From an uncultured Nitrospiraceae bacterium (GTDB lineage Bacteria > Nitrospirota > Nitrospiria > Nitrospirales > UBA2166): 64,000 bases of DNA. The position numbers and the translations under genes were made by a program. The DNA is taken from positions 155,387 to 219,386 of the forward strand of contig CAYXED010000002.1 in NCBI GenBank assembly GCA_964463965.1, in the 5' to 3' direction. Positions within the stretch are counted from its first letter, which is position 1, and each line of letters begins with the position of its first letter. The notes under the pieces are model-generated. The model saw nothing but the letters and a program-made list of their open reading frames with translations. It was not told the DNA's origin and made no database searches. Positions 26,352 through 35,380 of this stretch are shown piece by piece.

Positions 26352-27539
26352 ATGCCTGAGAAGTCAATGCCTCACACAAAAATTCCCTTGAGTGCTCCAG
26401 AGCTCAGTGGTAATGAATGGAAATATGTCAAGGAAGGTCTTGATTCTGGCTGGGTATCATCTGTTGGACCTTTTGTTGATCGGTTTGAATCAGAATTAGC
26501 TCAATATGTTGACGTAGCGCATGCTGTGGCTATGGTAAATGGAACGGCCGCACTCCATATAGCTTTACAAGTTATAGGGGTGAAGCCTGACGACGAGGTT
26601 CTTGTTTCCAATCTCACATTTATCTCCCCTGTAAACGCAATACGATATTGTCAGGCACATCCAGTACTTATGGATGTACATCCTGATACGTGGCAGATAG
26701 ACCACAATAAACTAGATGAGTTTTTAGAGCATAATTGTGAAATTAGAGGAGATGAATGTTTTAACCGTTTATCTGGGAGACGTGTTCGTGCAATTCTTCC
26801 CGTTCATATTCTTGGACTTGCTTGTGAAATTGATGTGATCATGAATATTGCAAAACGTTATCATTTGCATGTTTTAGAAGATGCAGCTGAGGGTATGGGG
26901 GTACGCTACCGTGGACGGCATGTAGGTACCTTTGGGGATATAGGCGTGTTTAGTTTTAATGGGAATAAAATTATGACTACTGGTGGGGGGGGGATGCTCG
27001 TCACCAATGATGAAGAGAAAGCTAAACATGCACGCTACTTATCAACGCAGGCAAAGGATAACCTAGTCGAATCTATACATAATTGTGTTGGGTATAACTA
27101 CAGATTAACTAATATCCAGGCCTGTATTGGTGTAGCTCAACTAGAGCAGCTTGATGAGTTTGTCTCAAAAAAACGCACTATTGCTTCACAATATAGTGAG
27201 GCATTTCGAGAGCTACCGCAGGTGTATGTCATGCCTTCCCCTCCGCATACAGAACCAAGCTACTGGTTATATACAATTCTTCTCGGAGAATCTTTTAGGA
27301 TCGAAGATCGTAAGGCTATTATTGAGAGGTTGAATCGGAGTGGAATTTCTGCAAGACCGTTATGGCATACGATTCACAACCTTAGGCCATACCGTAATTG
27401 CCTTTCTTATAAAGTTCAATGTTCTGTGGCATTATATGAACGAGGAATTAGTCTTCCCTCAAGTGTTAGTCTTAAACAGCACGAAGTTGCTGCCTGTATT
27501 GATGCTGTTCACGACAGTGTCAAATCTCTTTTAACTTAA
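26352..27539 (+). CDS. legC: DegT/DnrJ/EryC1-family aminotransferase (LegC-like)
   Basis: 395 aa with the PLP lysine in FSFNGNKIMTTGGGGM. The start codon directly abuts the upstream stop. Confidence 0.75.
   Translation: MPEKSMPHTKIPLSAPELSGNEWKYVKEGLDSGWVSSVGPFVDRFESELAQYVDVAHAVAMVNGTAALHIALQVIGVKPDDEVLVSNLTFISPVNAIRYCQAHPVLMDVHPDTWQIDHNKLDEFLEHNCEIRGDECFNRLSGRRVRAILPVHILGLACEIDVIMNIAKRYHLHVLEDAAEGMGVRYRGRHVGTFGDIGVFSFNGNKIMTTGGGGMLVTNDEEKAKHARYLSTQAKDNLVESIHNCVGYNYRLTNIQACIGVAQLEQLDEFVSKKRTIASQYSEAFRELPQVYVMPSPPHTEPSYWLYTILLGESFRIEDRKAIIERLNRSGISARPLWHTIHNLRPYRNCLSYKVQCSVALYERGISLPSSVSLKQHEVAACIDAVHDSVKSLLT
26985..26993 (+). repeat. G9 homopolymer inside the LegC-like coding sequence
   Basis: Direct count gives ggt ggg ggg ggg, encoding GGGG of TTGGGGM. 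It is the longest G/C run I found in the window. Confidence 0.95.
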
Positions 27540-27564
27540 TTCTCACGTTTAACATCAGGTAAAC

Positions 27565-29652
27565 ATGGCAGTTGTTTTTATTGAGCACCTTTCGTTGCGT
27601 GTGTGGTTCTTCAATGTATGGCCACATTTGGTCGTGAGGCGTTTGAGTGGCGCTGCAAGGGTAGAACAATGTTTTGTTTTTGACGCAAATCAATGTTCAC
27701 TATGGCTGGCAGGTGTGATTTCACGGATGCTTGGCTGTAAGGTATTGAGGTTAAAATTTAGGCGTGTAGATGTGCAGGATGATGCTGGAAATATGATTGA
27801 AGAACGATTGAGGTTTTTTGACTTATTTGAAACACAAGAAGCAATGAGAGATATTTTCAGGGCTTCGCTAGCACAATATGACTTTTACTCACCCATTAGA
27901 ACTTTTCTTGAAAAGGAGTTTGTTGCAGCTGTGAGGCGACATGTGCTACTCGTGCAGGTTTCTTTATGGAAAGCAAAGAAAATACACTGTGCTGAAACAC
28001 CAACACTATTTATTGCATGTGAGAGCGGATTTTCTGCGATCGCTGCATATGCAAAACTTCATGGTGTTCAGGTTGTCGGATTTCGAAAGCCTTGGAGACC
28101 AATCAATTTCTTAAGGCATCTGGTCGGATGGGAAGGAGTCCCTCTTTTTCGTTCTATACGGCATTATCTAGCTGTTCTTTTTATTTTACTGCGATGGTGG
28201 TTGACTAAAAATCCTAGAAGTTGCTCAGGCTTCGAATTAAAGCCTGCAGGAACAAAACAGCTTGATGATGATCAAGGGTTAAATCAGAAAATTAAATTAG
28301 CTCTCCAGCAATATGGCCAATTGCACCTAGAAAGCCCTGAAAAGGCTTCTGACCTTTTCTTTTGGCAACAATCAGAAATTTTAGCTGAAGACATGCTTGT
28401 ACTTTTGAACTCTCGGCGTTCCATTCAGGATGAACAGGGAATGGATGCTGCTGGAATTTCTAGACTTGCATTGTCACCTCAAGGGCTTATCACTTCAAAG
28501 ACCCCTTCGTATATTTTTTGGTCAGATATTCAGAATAAAAGACTGCCTTCTCGTAATGGCCTTCTTTCTTCTCTAGAATCACTGTGGCTCACTAGTAAAA
28601 TTAATGCCTATCACGAGATGAAGTCTTACTGGAAAACACTGTTTTCTACTGAGCAGGTAAAAATTTTTTGTACGTGGCAACGATTTAATGCGCAGCACTG
28701 TCCTATCACTGATGCTTTGAGAGAATGTGGAGGGATTATGGCCATGTATCCTCGTGCATATAATCCTCACCCATGCCCGCTCACAGCTGTGTCAATTGAT
28801 GTGTGTTTTTCATATTCAAAGTTGGATGCTGATGTTGAACGTCGATCGTATTCGAATATCCCTTATCATGTTGTCACTGGTTTTATTGGGGACCACAGGT
28901 TTTCTCTTGTGAAACCTGAAGCCAATCGTGTGCGAATGATGTTGCAAGGTAATGGTGCTAAGAAAATAATTGCGTTGTTTGATGAAAACTCAGGTGACGA
29001 TCCACGGTGGCATACAGACCACGAATTTACCAAAGGCAACTATATTGTTTTGCTCGAGAAAGTTCTTCAGGAGCCATGGCTTGCTTTGGTTATCAAACCA
29101 AAAGTTCCTGGAACTCTCCGTCGTCGACTTGGTGATGTTACTCATATTTTGGATAGAGCAATTGCGACGGGTCGATGTTATATCTATGAGGAGAGTGGGA
29201 CCGCTACGTCCTATTCGCCTGCGATTGCAGCATTGTCCGCTGATATTGCTGTGCATGCTCATTTATGTGCAGGTACTGCTGGAGTTGAATCAGCGTTGGC
29301 AGGAGTGCCTACTTTATTGGTTGACCGGGAAGGATGGTCCGTCAGTCCTCTCTATGAATTGGGGGTAGGCCGTGTGGTGTTTCGAGATTGGGATACTTTG
29401 TGGAATGCCTGTTTGGATCATTGGGCGAGCCCTGGTGGGATACCAGGTTTTGGTAGTTGGGCATCGATAATCAATACAATTGATCCTTTTCGTGATGGAC
29501 GTGCTGCCGAAAGGATGGGTACTTATCTCAAATGGATCCTTGATGATTTGAAGGATGGGCTTTCCCGTGAGATGGCGATGGCTAATGCGGCAGAACGCTA
29601 TTGTATGATCTGGGGACAAGATAAAATTTCAGAAGTTTCTCGACTGGTATGA
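27565..29652 (+). CDS. Hypothetical protein, 695 aa (candidate novel glycosyl/nonulosonate transferase)
   Basis: Long uninterrupted ORF with an ATG start and no motif I recognise. It lies immediately downstream of the PtmE/LegB/LegC block. Confidence 0.6.
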   Translation: MAVVFIEHLSLRVWFFNVWPHLVVRRLSGAARVEQCFVFDANQCSLWLAGVISRMLGCKVLRLKFRRVDVQDDAGNMIEERLRFFDLFETQEAMRDIFRASLAQYDFYSPIRTFLEKEFVAAVRRHVLLVQVSLWKAKKIHCAETPTLFIACESGFSAIAAYAKLHGVQVVGFRKPWRPINFLRHLVGWEGVPLFRSIRHYLAVLFILLRWWLTKNPRSCSGFELKPAGTKQLDDDQGLNQKIKLALQQYGQLHLESPEKASDLFFWQQSEILAEDMLVLLNSRRSIQDEQGMDAAGISRLALSPQGLITSKTPSYIFWSDIQNKRLPSRNGLLSSLESLWLTSKINAYHEMKSYWKTLFSTEQVKIFCTWQRFNAQHCPITDALRECGGIMAMYPRAYNPHPCPLTAVSIDVCFSYSKLDADVERRSYSNIPYHVVTGFIGDHRFSLVKPEANRVRMMLQGNGAKKIIALFDENSGDDPRWHTDHEFTKGNYIVLLEKVLQEPWLALVIKPKVPGTLRRRLGDVTHILDRAIATGRCYIYEESGTATSYSPAIAALSADIAVHAHLCAGTAGVESALAGVPTLLVDREGWSVSPLYELGVGRVVFRDWDTLWNACLDHWASPGGIPGFGSWASIINTIDPFRDGRAAERMGTYLKWILDDLKDGLSREMAMANAAERYCMIWGQDKISEVSRLV

Positions 29653-29705
29653 TGTGATAAAAATAACACAGCGTTTCTATTTTATTCCTATTATGGTGAG
29701 GAGAT

Positions 29706-30530
29706 ATGGCTAAAGAGGATTTGAGGGCAGCGTGGCAAGAAACATCTCATGCACAATACTTTGATGCATGGGCAGAATTTAGCAATAATAGGTTGCGTGG
29801 GGTGTGTGAAAGTTTTAATGAGGTTAGGTCTTTTTTGAAAAATAAGCACACAATTCAGGGGAGAGATTTACTTGAAATTGCCTGTGCAACTGGAGAGTTC
29901 AGTCGTTATATAAACACGTATCATTCTGAATTCCACTACAGGGGACTTGATATATCTGAACCTGCAATTCATCGAGCAAGAGCAAAGTATCCGACTGCCA
30001 GCTTTGACTTATGTCGGCCTGATCTCTCAGATGTTGTGTCATCCGGTATTAGCCCCACGGTCGTATGGGCGCGTGATGTCGTCCATCATCAACCAGATCC
30101 CTTTGAGTACCTCTCAACCTTGTTGTCGATTGCGAAGGAGGTCACCATTCTTCGTATTCGTACTCGAGACAATGGTTCGAGTATTATAGACCCAGAGATA
30201 TCTTGTCAGTGGCACTATAATCATTGGGTCCCCTACATCATACTAAATATTGATGAAGTTATTGGGTTCATTCAAAAAACTATTTCGGTAAAAAAAATAT
30301 TTGTTGCAAAACGATATGTTCAGCTTGGTGGGTTATATAATCGTTTTGTACCGAAAGATTGTTACTACCCTGAGACAGGTACCGCAGAAACTGCTCTGTA
30401 TATAGAGCATTCAAGTGTTTTGGTGAATAGTCCTGAGATTGTTGTTTCTCAGAAGGAAGATACTGATTATGTTGCTCCGCTGTGGTTGCGAGGGGTGACA
30501 TATATGCGGCGTAAGTATTTTTTAAAATAA
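29706..30530 (+). CDS. Class I SAM-dependent methyltransferase-like protein
   Basis: 274 aa with LLEIACATGEFS (motif I-like) and RDVVHH. ggtgaggag RBS upstream. Confidence 0.65.
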   Translation: MAKEDLRAAWQETSHAQYFDAWAEFSNNRLRGVCESFNEVRSFLKNKHTIQGRDLLEIACATGEFSRYINTYHSEFHYRGLDISEPAIHRARAKYPTASFDLCRPDLSDVVSSGISPTVVWARDVVHHQPDPFEYLSTLLSIAKEVTILRIRTRDNGSSIIDPEISCQWHYNHWVPYIILNIDEVIGFIQKTISVKKIFVAKRYVQLGGLYNRFVPKDCYYPETGTAETALYIEHSSVLVNSPEIVVSQKEDTDYVAPLWLRGVTYMRRKYFLK

Positions 30531-30625
30531 TATTTTTTGAAATATTTCTAAAGACATGCCTGCTATATCATTTTTGTACACGCGATGCTTACTCGGAGTG
30601 CGTAGCTGTGGGGAGAACTTGATCC

Positions 30626-31807
30626 TTGGAAGATAAGTTTGAAGTTATTAATGTAGGGGATAAGGCCGACATTACTCATATCATTTCTGAGAATGATGTT
30701 GACCGATATGCAGATATTACTGGGGACACTAACCCCCTTCATATGAGTGAGGAGTATGCTTCGACGACATCGTTTAAAAAGCGAGTTGTCCATGGGATGC
30801 TGACAGCATCATTTATTTCCAACATCATTGGAACCAAGCTCCCAGGGACTGGGGCTCTATGGTATGAGTTGAACATTAGGTTTATTGCACCTGTGCGTAT
30901 TGGTGATGAGATCACAGTGCATGCAGAGGTTATAAGAAAATCACGCGCTTTACGTGTTGTATCATTGGACATTCACGTACAACTAAAAAACTCTCAACGA
31001 GTAATTGAAGGACAGGCAAAAGTAAAAATATTGGAGCAAAAAAAAAAAGGTGAAGCCATCATGAATTCAGGAGCGGTAATTATTACAGGGGCAAGTCGTG
31101 GAATTGGTGCAGCAACGGCACGTTTATTGGCGTCTACTGGAATTCCTGTTGTTGTTAATTACCTGAAAAGTGAGGAGAAGGCACGTGCATTGGTTAATTC
31201 TCTCGCACAGGACGGCCATCAGGCAATTGCTGTTGCGGGGGATGTTTGTTCCTCTCAGGATATGATTGGTCTTGTTGAAGCTGCCATATCTAAATTTGGG
31301 TCACTTAGAGGTATTGTCAACAATGCTTCAGCTTACCCTCAAAGTAAAGCTTTCGATGATTTAAGCTGGAGTAATTTTCAAGAGCAAATTGATGTACAGA
31401 TCAAAGGGGCTTTTCATTTATGCCAGGCAGCAATGCCATGGTTTTTGAAACAGGGGAGCGGCTCAATTGTTAACATAGGATCTATTTTTTCTGATGGCAT
31501 TCCTCCTTCGTTTTTAATGCCATATGTGGTTTCGAAAGCGGCGTTAAATGCGTTTACGAAATCACTTGCTGCAGAGTATGGGCCAAAAAATATTAGAGTA
31601 AATTCTGTTGCTCCAGGGATGACTGATACCGATTTTATTGCAGATGTTCCTGAGAAGACACGGATGTTGAACAAAATGCAGGCCCCACTTCGCCGATTAG
31701 CTGAACCAGAAGATACTGCTGGGGCAGTGGCATATTTGTTAAGCCATCAGTCAAAATTTGTTACTGGGGAGACAATTAGAGTTTGTGGTGGGATTGTGAT
31801 GTGCTGA
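30626..31807 (+). CDS. MaoC-like (R)-hydratase/dehydratase fused to a FabG-like SDR
   Basis: 393 aa. Residues 1-140 carry the hydratase-2 motif ADITGDTNPLHMSEEYAS. Residues 150-393 carry IITGASRGIGAATA and YVVSKAALNAF. The TTG start is preceded by ggggag. The fusion depends on the length of the A11 tract. Confidence 0.8.
   Translation: MEDKFEVINVGDKADITHIISENDVDRYADITGDTNPLHMSEEYASTTSFKKRVVHGMLTASFISNIIGTKLPGTGALWYELNIRFIAPVRIGDEITVHAEVIRKSRALRVVSLDIHVQLKNSQRVIEGQAKVKILEQKKKGEAIMNSGAVIITGASRGIGAATARLLASTGIPVVVNYLKSEEKARALVNSLAQDGHQAIAVAGDVCSSQDMIGLVEAAISKFGSLRGIVNNASAYPQSKAFDDLSWSNFQEQIDVQIKGAFHLCQAAMPWFLKQGSGSIVNIGSIFSDGIPPSFLMPYVVSKAALNAFTKSLAAEYGPKNIRVNSVAPGMTDTDFIADVPEKTRMLNKMQAPLRRLAEPEDTAGAVAYLLSHQSKFVTGETIRVCGGIVMC
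31038..31048 (+). repeat. A11 homopolymer at the MaoC/SDR domain junction
   Basis: Direct count gives caa aaa aaa aaa (QKKK). It is the longest homopolymer I found in the window. Confidence 0.95.
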
Positions 31808-31830
31808 CATATGGGTATGAGTAGATAATT

Positions 31831-33639
31831 GTGTACAATTTGACCTATGCAGAAATCCAGGCAGAGCTTGCAGGGCGGGATCTTTCCTGGTTACAAAAAT
31901 TTAACATAGCCGTTTTGAGAAATATTACTGTTGAGTCGATTGAGCCGCTATTGAGATATGAAGCAGCTCACTTAGGCCTCAATGCGGCGGTGTCTTTTGG
32001 TCAATTTGACAATATCTTCCAAGAGACTGTTGGAGAGGACGAAGAGTTACTACAATCAGCTGATTGTATTTTAGTTTTTACCCATCTTGAAACTCTTTCA
32101 CCTGCATTTTCTATGAGTTTTTCTTCTTTAGGAAAAGATGACATCAAGGGTGAGCTTGAGCGAAATTTTGAATATTTCAGGAGTGTTTTAGCTGGGATTA
32201 GGAAAAAAACTGAATCAGTCGTTCTGTGGCATGGCGTAGTTGCGCCAGCACATCCATCGTTTGGAATTGCTGATTGGATTGTTGAATGTGGGCAACGAAA
32301 AACTATAAATCAACTGAATGAATTGTTACGAGAAGCTTTGAGCGAAGTAAAGAGTGCATATTATGTAGATATGGATGCGTGTGCCGCTCGTGTGGGTCAT
32401 GAGAATTTTTTTGATGCTAGGTTTTGGCATATTGGGAAAGCACCGTATCACCGCAGAGCCCTTATGGAAATTGCGAGGGAAGATTTTGTATTTATTCGTG
32501 GGTTTATAGGAAAAACAAAAAAATGTCTTGTGCTTGACTGTGATAATACGCTGTGGGGTGGGATTCTTGGCGAAGATGGGATTCAAAATATCCAGCTTTC
32601 TCAATCACATCCTGGTTCATCGTTTTGGGAGTTCCAACGAGAAATAGTCAATCTACATAATAGGGGAGTTTTGATAGCACTTTGCAGTAAAAACAATGAA
32701 GCAGATGTCTGGGAAGTTTTTGATACCCATCCCGACATGGTGTTGAAGCGGGAGCATATTTCTTCGGCTCAGATTAATTGGGAAGACAAGGCTAGCAATA
32801 TTAAGCGAATTGCTGATGAGTTGAATATTGGACTTGACAGTCTCGTATATCTCGATGACTCAGCCTTTGAAATTAATTTAATTGAATGTGAGGTGCCAGA
32901 GGTAATGGCGATACAGCTGATGCCTGAACAAGCGGTGAAATATAGAAAAATTTTGTCTTCCGGAGGATGGTTCGACCGTCTAAGTGTTACTGAGGAAGAC
33001 AAACAGCGTGGAGCAATGTATCGTGCAGAAATCAAACGAAAAAAATTACGTGGCCAAACTACAGATTTAACAGAGTATTATAGATCTTTAAATATGAACT
33101 TAGAAATACGGTTTATTACTGAGGCTACATTACCTCGCATTACACAGTTAACACAAAAAACCAATCAGTTTAATTTGACTACCAAGCGCTACACTGAAAC
33201 TGAAATTCATAGTTTTATGACGTCCAAAGAGCATGATATCTTAGGCGTTCGCTTGAATGACCGTTTTGGTGATTCAGGAATTATAGGAGTAGGAATTCTC
33301 GATCGTAGCGGACATCCTAATGAGGCTAGGATCGACACTTTCTTATTGTCGTGCCGTGTATTGGGACGGGGTGTTGAGGACATGGTTCTTGCCCACCTTA
33401 TGCGTTTGGCCGCTGCGCGGGGAGTCTCAAGAGTTGTGGGTGTTTATGTGCAGACTAAAAAAAATGAGCAAGTTAAAGAGTTTTATCCTCGTCATGGGTT
33501 TATATCTGAACCTCTCAGTCTAGAGATACAAGAGGGGAGAGGGCTTTCTTCTAATCTCTTCTCTGCAGATCTTGGAGTGTATAGTAGCAATGTCCCTGAT
33601 TTTTTTGATTCAGTAATTTCAGATGTTGACTATGTTTGA
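31831..33639 (+). CDS. FkbH-like HAD-IIIC phosphatase/acyl-loading enzyme with C-terminal GNAT-like region
   Basis: 602 aa with LVLDCDNTLWGG (DxDxT), LCSKNNE and YLDDS. GTG start. Confidence 0.8.
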   Translation: MYNLTYAEIQAELAGRDLSWLQKFNIAVLRNITVESIEPLLRYEAAHLGLNAAVSFGQFDNIFQETVGEDEELLQSADCILVFTHLETLSPAFSMSFSSLGKDDIKGELERNFEYFRSVLAGIRKKTESVVLWHGVVAPAHPSFGIADWIVECGQRKTINQLNELLREALSEVKSAYYVDMDACAARVGHENFFDARFWHIGKAPYHRRALMEIAREDFVFIRGFIGKTKKCLVLDCDNTLWGGILGEDGIQNIQLSQSHPGSSFWEFQREIVNLHNRGVLIALCSKNNEADVWEVFDTHPDMVLKREHISSAQINWEDKASNIKRIADELNIGLDSLVYLDDSAFEINLIECEVPEVMAIQLMPEQAVKYRKILSSGGWFDRLSVTEEDKQRGAMYRAEIKRKKLRGQTTDLTEYYRSLNMNLEIRFITEATLPRITQLTQKTNQFNLTTKRYTETEIHSFMTSKEHDILGVRLNDRFGDSGIIGVGILDRSGHPNEARIDTFLLSCRVLGRGVEDMVLAHLMRLAAARGVSRVVGVYVQTKKNEQVKEFYPRHGFISEPLSLEIQEGRGLSSNLFSADLGVYSSNVPDFFDSVISDVDYV

Positions 33640-33666
33640 AAACGTGCCTGGTTCTCAGCTACTGTT

Positions 33667-33906
33667 ATGACTATTAAAGACCGTGTGATTAAAGTTGTGA
33701 GTATGACGCTCCAAGTGCCAGCGAGCAGTATTAATGAAGCTTCATCACCAGACAATATTGAGCAATGGGATTCGATGCAGCACATGAATCTTATTTTGGG
33801 GCTTGAAGAAGAGTTTTCTGTACAATTTACAGATCAGCAAGTTGTTGATCTTTTAAATGTTGAGTTAATCGTGATGACGCTTGTAGAGTTGGGGGTTAGT
33901 GATTAA
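33667..33906 (+). CDS. Acyl carrier protein
   Basis: 79 aa, acidic, with an ACP pattern and a candidate phosphopantetheine Ser in EQWDSMQHMNLI. Confidence 0.8.
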   Translation: MTIKDRVIKVVSMTLQVPASSINEASSPDNIEQWDSMQHMNLILGLEEEFSVQFTDQQVVDLLNVELIVMTLVELGVSD

Positions 33907-34513
33907 TCAACCACAGCAGCGTACGTTGAGACGTGTTATCACGCACGAATGCTCTGAGTGGTTTAAGTATACAGTGATATATTTTCCTGGGAGTATCGGG
34001 TTCCGATTGCGAAGAGCATATTATGGGTTCTTTCTTAAGGGAAGGCTAGGGGAATATCCAACTATCGGTTTTGGTACTTGTCTTGAAAACTTAGATGGCC
34101 TGATTGTAGGGGATGGCTTGTTAACAGGACCGTTTGTGCATATTGTGCCTGGTGCTTGTCTTGGTATTCGTATTGGCAATCACGTTTCTATTGCTGATGG
34201 GGCATTTATTCGGTCGGCAAATCACTCTTATTTTGATCTTGATAAAAGAATACAGGATCAAGGCCATTTTAGTAAGGAAGTCAAGACATCTAAGGGGGAG
34301 AGTGCAAGTATTATCATTGAAGATAACGTACATATTGGTGCAAGGTGTATTATTCTCTCTGGGGCAAAAATTGGTGAAGGCAGCATTGTCGCTGCAGGCG
34401 CAGTTGTCTCTTCAGAGATCCCAGAAAACTCAATTGTTGCAGGAAACCCAGCAAGAGTGATTGCTAGTCGCGAAAAACTTTCGTTTTCAAAAAATATTAT
34501 TCAAACACCATGA
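33899..34513 (+). CDS. Hexapeptide-repeat (LbH) acyltransferase
   Basis: 204 aa with IGNHVSIADGAFI and IEDNVHIGARCIILSGAKIGEGSIVAAGAVV. The GTG start overlaps the ACP stop by 8 nt. Confidence 0.8.
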   Translation: MINQPQQRTLRRVITHECSEWFKYTVIYFPGSIGFRLRRAYYGFFLKGRLGEYPTIGFGTCLENLDGLIVGDGLLTGPFVHIVPGACLGIRIGNHVSIADGAFIRSANHSYFDLDKRIQDQGHFSKEVKTSKGESASIIIEDNVHIGARCIILSGAKIGEGSIVAAGAVVSSEIPENSIVAGNPARVIASREKLSFSKNIIQTP

Positions 34514-34600
34514 ATATGATAATGTTTAATCGATCTACTCACATTTTTGGCTTTTGGCTATTTATGCAGATTGGCTATGGGATGGTAGAGGTATAGATAC

Positions 34601-35380
34601 GTGTCGAGTTATATAACTACACTTTTCAATGTGAAAGGAAAAGTAGCAGCTCTCACAGGTGCTGCTGGATACCTTGTTGGAGAGATTGCGTCTGGATTTA
34701 TAAAGGCTGGGGCAAAAGTTGCTCTATTGGATAAGGATTCGGATCGACTTGAAAAAGTATTTAAGAAAATTAAGGCTGACGGAGGTGATGCGCTTGTATT
34801 ACCGACTGATGTTACCAGTAAAGAATCATTTGAGGGAGCCTTAGAGAAAGTACTTGAGCGATACAATGATGTTGATTTTCTTGTAAATGGCGCTGGTTTT
34901 AATGCGCCCACTCCCTTCCTCGATATTACTGTTGATGAATGGAATAGTATTATCAGTGTGCAGCTTACAGGTACAATGCTAGGTTGCCAAGTATTTGGTG
35001 GTTATATGGTCTCTCAAGGGAAGGGTTCCATTATTAACATTTCTTCTGCATCAGCTGGCCCACCACTTTCAAAAGCATTTACATATTCAGTTGCTAAAGC
35101 TGGAGTGAAAAACCTCACGGAAAACTTAGCGCGTGAATGGGCAATCTCTGGAGTGAGAGTCAACGCGTTACGACCAGGGTTTTTTCCAACGGAATGGAGC
35201 AAAAAACATTTTTTATCTGCAGACCGTGTTGAGGCTATTCTCAACCATACTCCCATGAAGAGATTTGGGGAGCCTCACGAATTAGTTGGTACCGTGCTAT
35301 GGTTGTGTGCAGAGTCTTCAAGTTTTGTGACTGGAGCAGAAATTAAAGTTGACGGTGGTTTTTCCGCGATGACTATATGA
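34601..35380 (+). CDS. Short-chain dehydrogenase/reductase
   Basis: 259 aa with LTGAAGYLVGEIA, NGAG and YSVAKAGVKNL. GTG start. Confidence 0.85.
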   Translation: MSSYITTLFNVKGKVAALTGAAGYLVGEIASGFIKAGAKVALLDKDSDRLEKVFKKIKADGGDALVLPTDVTSKESFEGALEKVLERYNDVDFLVNGAGFNAPTPFLDITVDEWNSIISVQLTGTMLGCQVFGGYMVSQGKGSIINISSASAGPPLSKAFTYSVAKAGVKNLTENLAREWAISGVRVNALRPGFFPTEWSKKHFLSADRVEAILNHTPMKRFGEPHELVGTVLWLCAESSSFVTGAEIKVDGGFSAMTI

